From Candidatus Thorarchaeota archaeon (GTDB taxonomy: Archaea > Asgardarchaeota > Thorarchaeia > Thorarchaeales > Thorarchaeaceae), in contig CP070761.1 of NCBI GenBank assembly GCA_020348985.1, positions 2,680,830 to 2,712,008 of the forward strand: 31,179 nucleotides of DNA, read 5' to 3'. The position numbers and the translations under genes are program-made. This document shows positions 26,607 through 31,179 of the stretch, one piece after another (positions within the stretch are counted from its first letter, which is position 1; each line of letters opens with the position of its first letter). A model generated the notes under the pieces. It did no database searches. It saw only the letters and a program-made list of their open reading frames with translations, and had not been told where the DNA came from.

Positions 26607-28575
26607 TCACGCCTGAGACTGTTGAACACTGATTTGCGAAAGCATCCCCGATACATCTGAGTCCCATACGCCCCGTCCTTGCCAAATCCTTTGATACAAG
26701 TCCGATCTGAATGACCTAAATTCTCTCAGGTCTTCAACCCTGATGTTTATGCCAGCCTCAAGACAGTAGCTTGGAAGGGATTCGTATACCTGATTTGCCA
26801 TTTTATTGGAAAGTCTAATCCCGGATAGGAACGTCTTGCCAGAGTCCAATGACGCTACAAAACCACCAACAGATGACCTCACAATCTGATAGATGAGTGA
26901 TTGGACTCTTTCTCTCTTTCCACTTGCCAACAGGATCAATTCACTGACATTCTTCCAGTTCCGTTCATAGAAGAGACTTAAAACTCCAACATGTGTTAGC
27001 CGTTCGAGTGTTTCCTTGAATTGAGTCATTGTCAGTCTTTTGGCATTCAAATAGGCAGGTAATTCGAGATTCGCTAGATAGACTCTGGTTCCCAATATGT
27101 CTACAATCTGGACCTCACGCGAGTTTCTTCAACTCATATGGGCTTGGGTCCTTAATGTGGAATCTTCTCAGAAGTCTTTTCTCACTCACTCCAACTTCCA
27201 AGTTCTGTTTGATTCGGTCCATTTCCCTTTGAACCTGTTTCTGTGATTCCTGCAAAGCGCCGTGGTTTTCCCACCTGTGATACCAATCCCTTTGCATCAA
27301 GCCGCTTCTCATACGCAAAAGCTGCTCAGCCGCGTCTGGCGGCACAACGATTTCGTGAAGCAACAGTGGATTCTCATCATCTTCTCCTAATCTTGCTGAA
27401 AAGGATAGATGGCGGTGTGGCCAGCCATGGGCCTTTCCCAAGTAATACAAAGTCTTCAGGCCAATCGCCCTTCTATTGACGCGTCCAGATATGCCAATGC
27501 CTTGGTACAGAAGAACAAGCCTGTGTAGTCTTGCCTCTCTTGACTTGGCAGCCTCGGAACTGGATATTGGAAGCCTCAATGCAAATCCTTCTTGCTTGTT
27601 GAGCTTTGCGATGTATTGCCGTGCTACATCAGTGAAGGGGTTGTTGAAGACTAGTGCAGGACGTTCGAATTCAGAAAACGCATCGTACCATCTCATCGCA
27701 AGTAATTCACTCCGGGTCTTCTCATGGAAGATGCTTAGGTAGTCGGGAACTTCCAGGCCCCCGAGCAGTGCAATCTGATGGATAACCAAGAGCGTTCTCA
27801 ATGAAGGGGTAACCTTTAGCCGGTCGAAATATGTTACTGGGTCCTCAGTCAGTTCATCTTGGCCTGTCACGATCAGGGACAGGAACGCCATTACTTCTTC
27901 TCTGACACTCTGAGACCAGCGCTTTGGTACCAAGTAGTCCATGGCCTCTCTCATAGAATCCCCTGTTCTCAGTGGAGCTAGACTGATACCTCGCGTAAGA
28001 GAATAGAGTTGTTTCCAAGTTGGGGGTGCTTGATTGAGAAGGGGCTCCAGGATCTTTCTCCGACCCGCTGTAGAGTCATCAGGCATGAGATCGTATCGAG
28101 GCGGCGGGCTTGGAACAAGAGCTTCTGCCTCGAATGGTCGCACTCTATGAGATTCAAGAATCTCCGCACTGTTTGGGTCGATGACTGTAAGCCAAGATCC
28201 ATCCTCATCAACAATACTGTGAACAATGAATGCTGCCATCTCAATCCCGGATTCCATCCTCCCATACCATCCACCAGTGGACTTTGGGTAGATTCTTTCT
28301 GCTCTTCTGGTTTCTCCCCTGAGATAATGACGTATTCTGACAAGCTTGGGGCGAAGCTTGATTATGATGGGCTCAACAAATAGATTCTCAATCTGACCTC
28401 CGGAGTTGTGGACAATAACTTCCTTCTTGACGGTCGCAGTAGCGTCGCCATCGACTTTGTCCACGGGAACTGCCTCTCCGTCACCCAAGATGATTATGAG
28501 CTTGCCTCTTCTCCAAGCATATTCTAGTTCATGATCAGACGGTTCAGGTCTATGCGGCTTTGATTCAGCATGCAT
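26607..28575 (-). pseudogene. Hypothetical protein probably split by a frameshift (ORFs 27115-28575 and 26607-27095)
   Basis: The downstream frame is open back to 27128, overlapping the upstream stop, and reads on plausibly (...PYELK / SREVQIVDILGTRVYL...). Confidence 0.5.
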
Positions 28576-28878
28576 TATTCACTCAATTCCAGTCTACTAG
28601 CAGATCGCTCATTCTGATAGGGACAGACTCCGAGTTTCCATGATATAAGCTTGTGGAAGCTACATACGACATACTGCAATATCCAACAATTGGTTGTATG
28701 TAGAGGCGTAAAGGACGCCAATATGCTTCAAAAAGAGCGCATTGGGGGACCTTTAAGGCTCTAAGGGGCCCAAACTACCTTTTCTTGTCGATTCTCGTTA
28801 TATAACTCATAGATTGTTCAACCATAAGTCCAAGTAAATCTCCAGCAATCAATTGTTCGATGGTTTCTCCTTGACGGA

Positions 28879-29425
28879 GTGCCGATGGAGCTACAGAAGA
28901 TGTCGACGAGCAGCAATGTTGTTTCTCTTTCTCCTGCATTCGTAGTCACACTCATCGACAGCTTCAGTGTGAATCTGGTTCGTCGAGTCATTTCTCCACG
29001 GGAGGTTTACCTCGTGGGCGGCTTGGCAGTCTTGGGCCTGTCAAGTCGTGACCCAATCGTTATGGAGATTGACCCCAGTGATTCGATCAGAAGACGCCCG
29101 GAAGGTCGCAGACAGTCTTCCAGAGCCCCTCTACGACAGGTACGAGTTCGAGCTAAGACAGAAGTTAGCGTCTAATCCCCTGGACTATCACCTTTGGTTC
29201 ATGCTCGGCCTACACTTGGGGGCTTCTGAGAAGCTAGAGGAAGCTGAGTATGCCCTGCAGAACTCGTTGAAGATTAATCCAGAATACGGTCCAGCTTTGT
29301 GGGAACTTGCCTACATCTATGAGAGAGCAGGACGATCTGCAAGCGCGGATGTATTGTGGTCCAGAGTGAGAGAGCGGAGGCTAAGGAACCTAGAATGTGT
29401 GTGGTCACCAGACGGTTGGCTCTAA
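28879..29425 (+). pseudogene. TPR-containing protein with a possible nucleotidyltransferase-like N-terminus, split by a frameshift near 29073-29076
   Basis: TPR motifs (WFMLG...EEAEYALQNSLKINPEYGPALWELA) in 29048-29425; the upstream frame gives VYLVGGLAV...R....EID, which joins PVIRSEDARKV if one C is removed. Confidence 0.45.
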
Positions 29426-29453
29426 GACTAGAATAGGGCAGGGAGTTGAGTAG

Positions 29454-31001
29454 ATGTCAGTTATGAGGCGCTTGGTCAGAACTATGGCCAAGAGAAAAGC
29501 AAGAGAGATTCATCATGTTCTGGAGAACTCTGTGGAATTGACTGAATCCAAGCTCAAGTCAATAGTGGAGAAGAACCAAGACACAGTCTTTGGACGTAAA
29601 CACAGATTTGGCAGAATAAGAAGTCCTGAAGAATATGCAGAGTCAGTTCCCCTTTGTGATTCAGTAGACATGACGAAGTGGCTCAGCCTAGTGTACGAGA
29701 ATCCAACAGGGAGAATACTGACGGAGGAGTCTGTTGAATGGTATCTAATGTCGAGTGGGACAACAGGAAAGCCGAAGAAGATTCCTGTCACTAAGACTGG
29801 AATGACTGATACAAAGACCGGATCAATGTATGGCTGGCTTGCCTTTCTTAATGCCGAGCCCGGAAATGACTCCATTATCGATGGCACAATGGTAACTTTC
29901 GGAGCTCCATCAAGAATCTCAGAAGTAAAGGGAATACCAGTTGGCTACGCATCCGGTGTCTATGGTGAGAAACAGAACAAGGTGTTCCAGCGCCTGATCA
30001 AGCCGGGTCCGGATGTATTCAACATTACAGACAATGAGGCAAAAATGTGGGAGTATGCGAAGCTGATTGCGACAAGCAAGACAACGGTCATTCAGGGTAT
30101 AACTACTCTTTCGCTTGCTCTCATTAGACGGTTACAAAATGAGTATGGGCCAGAGTTGGTCCGTGAGTACAATGGTACAAAGCATGAGGATAGAATCCGC
30201 AATGCGATGAACGATGACCAAACACTGAACCTGCGACGGCTATGTCCAGATTTGAAGATGCTCGGGTCTTCTGGAATTGACGTAGGTCCGTATAGGACGT
30301 GGCTCCAGGAACAGGTTCCTGGTCTCAAGATTTGGGAATTCTATGGTCTTTCCGAGGCTGGAATAATTGGAACACAAAACTACATCGAACCGGGGATTCA
30401 ATTGCTTGGGAGTCTGAACTACTTAGAGTTCATCCGCCAGCGTGATAGTGAGAAAGAACACCCCGAAGCCATTCCACTTTCAGATGTCAAGAAGAACGAG
30501 AGATACGAGATCGTTGTCACATCGGAAAACGGGTGGTACAGGTACAGGCCTGGTGACTTGGTGACATTTGTGGAAGTAAGTCCCTTCAGTGTTAGGCAAA
30601 TCGCGAGAAAAGGCAGAGTTGTGAACATGGCTGGAGAGAAGATGGCAGAAGCTCATGTCGCGGCAGCTATCAAGGCAGCTTCAGCCAAAACGAATGCTCA
30701 GGTAATGGACTACACAGTGGTTGGTTCGATTGAGCATGGACTTCCATTCTATACGCTTGCTGCCATGTTTAGCGGCAATGATGTTGATCCCTTGGAGTTT
30801 GTCGCGGCCTTTGAGGACAACATCAAATACAGCAACATGGAATTCAAGATTGTCAGAGAGTCCGGAGCCCTTGGCCCAACGAGGCTTCTTAGAATGAGAA
30901 GATCCCTCGCTGAAGAGGTAGTAAGAGAGTCACACGCTCAAGCAAAGCCAGTCCCTCTTACCACGGACACATCTGTGTTGGCCTTGTGTGAAGAGGCCTA
31001 G
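29454..31001 (+). CDS. GH3 family (ANL superfamily) acyl-adenylating/amido synthetase
   Basis: NQDTVFGRKH, SSGTTGKPKKIPVT, YGLSEA, YLEFI, YEIVVT..NG.YRYRPGD and GEK motifs. Confidence 0.88.
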   Translation: MSVMRRLVRTMAKRKAREIHHVLENSVELTESKLKSIVEKNQDTVFGRKHRFGRIRSPEEYAESVPLCDSVDMTKWLSLVYENPTGRILTEESVEWYLMSSGTTGKPKKIPVTKTGMTDTKTGSMYGWLAFLNAEPGNDSIIDGTMVTFGAPSRISEVKGIPVGYASGVYGEKQNKVFQRLIKPGPDVFNITDNEAKMWEYAKLIATSKTTVIQGITTLSLALIRRLQNEYGPELVREYNGTKHEDRIRNAMNDDQTLNLRRLCPDLKMLGSSGIDVGPYRTWLQEQVPGLKIWEFYGLSEAGIIGTQNYIEPGIQLLGSLNYLEFIRQRDSEKEHPEAIPLSDVKKNERYEIVVTSENGWYRYRPGDLVTFVEVSPFSVRQIARKGRVVNMAGEKMAEAHVAAAIKAASAKTNAQVMDYTVVGSIEHGLPFYTLAAMFSGNDVDPLEFVAAFEDNIKYSNMEFKIVRESGALGPTRLLRMRRSLAEEVVRESHAQAKPVPLTTDTSVLALCEEA

Positions 31002-31054
31002 CGCAGAAGCTGCATTACTGGCACTCTTCGAGAATTCGTGATTCGTCACGTGCG

Positions 31055-31177
31055 TCAATGCACCATGTCCGGAACTGGAGAGTCGGCCTGAACGAAGACT
31101 GCATCTCTTCTTTTCCATGGATTGACGAGTCCTAGAGTCGCAGTAGTTGTCGCAATGGCAGTAAAGAGATTGTTGAG
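31055..31177 (-). CDS. Possible 3' end of a gene entering from beyond the window
   Basis: Open frame ...LNNLFTAIATTTATLGLVNPWKRRDAVFVQADSPVPDMVH* running from the window edge. Confidence 0.25.
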   Translation of the reverse strand, partial: LNNLFTAIATTTATLGLVNPWKRRDAVFVQADSPVPDMVH

Positions 31178-31179
31178 CA

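Noticed and set aside
26417-26656. 79-aa minus-strand ORF
   Set aside because: It overlaps the previous gene end, runs through the hairpin and A-tract, and has no recognisable features.
27115-27117. TGA as a possible selenocysteine read-through joining the two ORFs
   Set aside because: The downstream ORF is in a different frame, and in-frame read-through gives only a short implausible peptide; a frameshift explains it better.
1-31179. CRISPR arrays, tRNA/rRNA, IS elements or integrases
   Set aside because: No regularly spaced repeats, cloverleaf patterns, or transposase/integrase motifs were seen by eye; tRNAscan or Infernal would be needed to exclude small RNAs.

Overview
Gene-dense archaeal-looking window (archaeal-type ATP-dependent DNA ligase, RIO1 kinase, RFC small subunit paralog). 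An Asgard/Thorarchaeota-like origin is my inference and is not verified. DNA-maintenance genes are strongly enriched. (i) lig is divergent from a tightly packed four-gene run: Cys-rich DUF3795-like protein, an Fpg/Nei-fold protein lacking its catalytic residues, a double-length UvrA whose two halves carry complementary domain deletions, and a prenyltransferase/QW-repeat toroid protein. No uvrB/uvrC is in the window. (ii) An XPB/Rad25 helicase with the XPB N-terminal domain lies near a non-ATPase protein carrying the same domain, resembling TFIIH p52/Tfb2; the two flank an unusual RFC paralog. Also present: a BpsA-SAM decarboxylase fusion, a RIO1 kinase preceded by a truncated RIO1 duplicate and followed by an unannotated acidic microprotein, a tandem pair of paralogous uncharacterised membrane proteins, two BCP peroxiredoxins, two probable frameshifted genes, an orphan + strand terminator behind a tiny ORF, and a GH3-family adenylating enzyme. 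No rRNA, tRNA, CRISPR array or transposase was recognised. All family calls come from motif recognition by eye, not from database searches.
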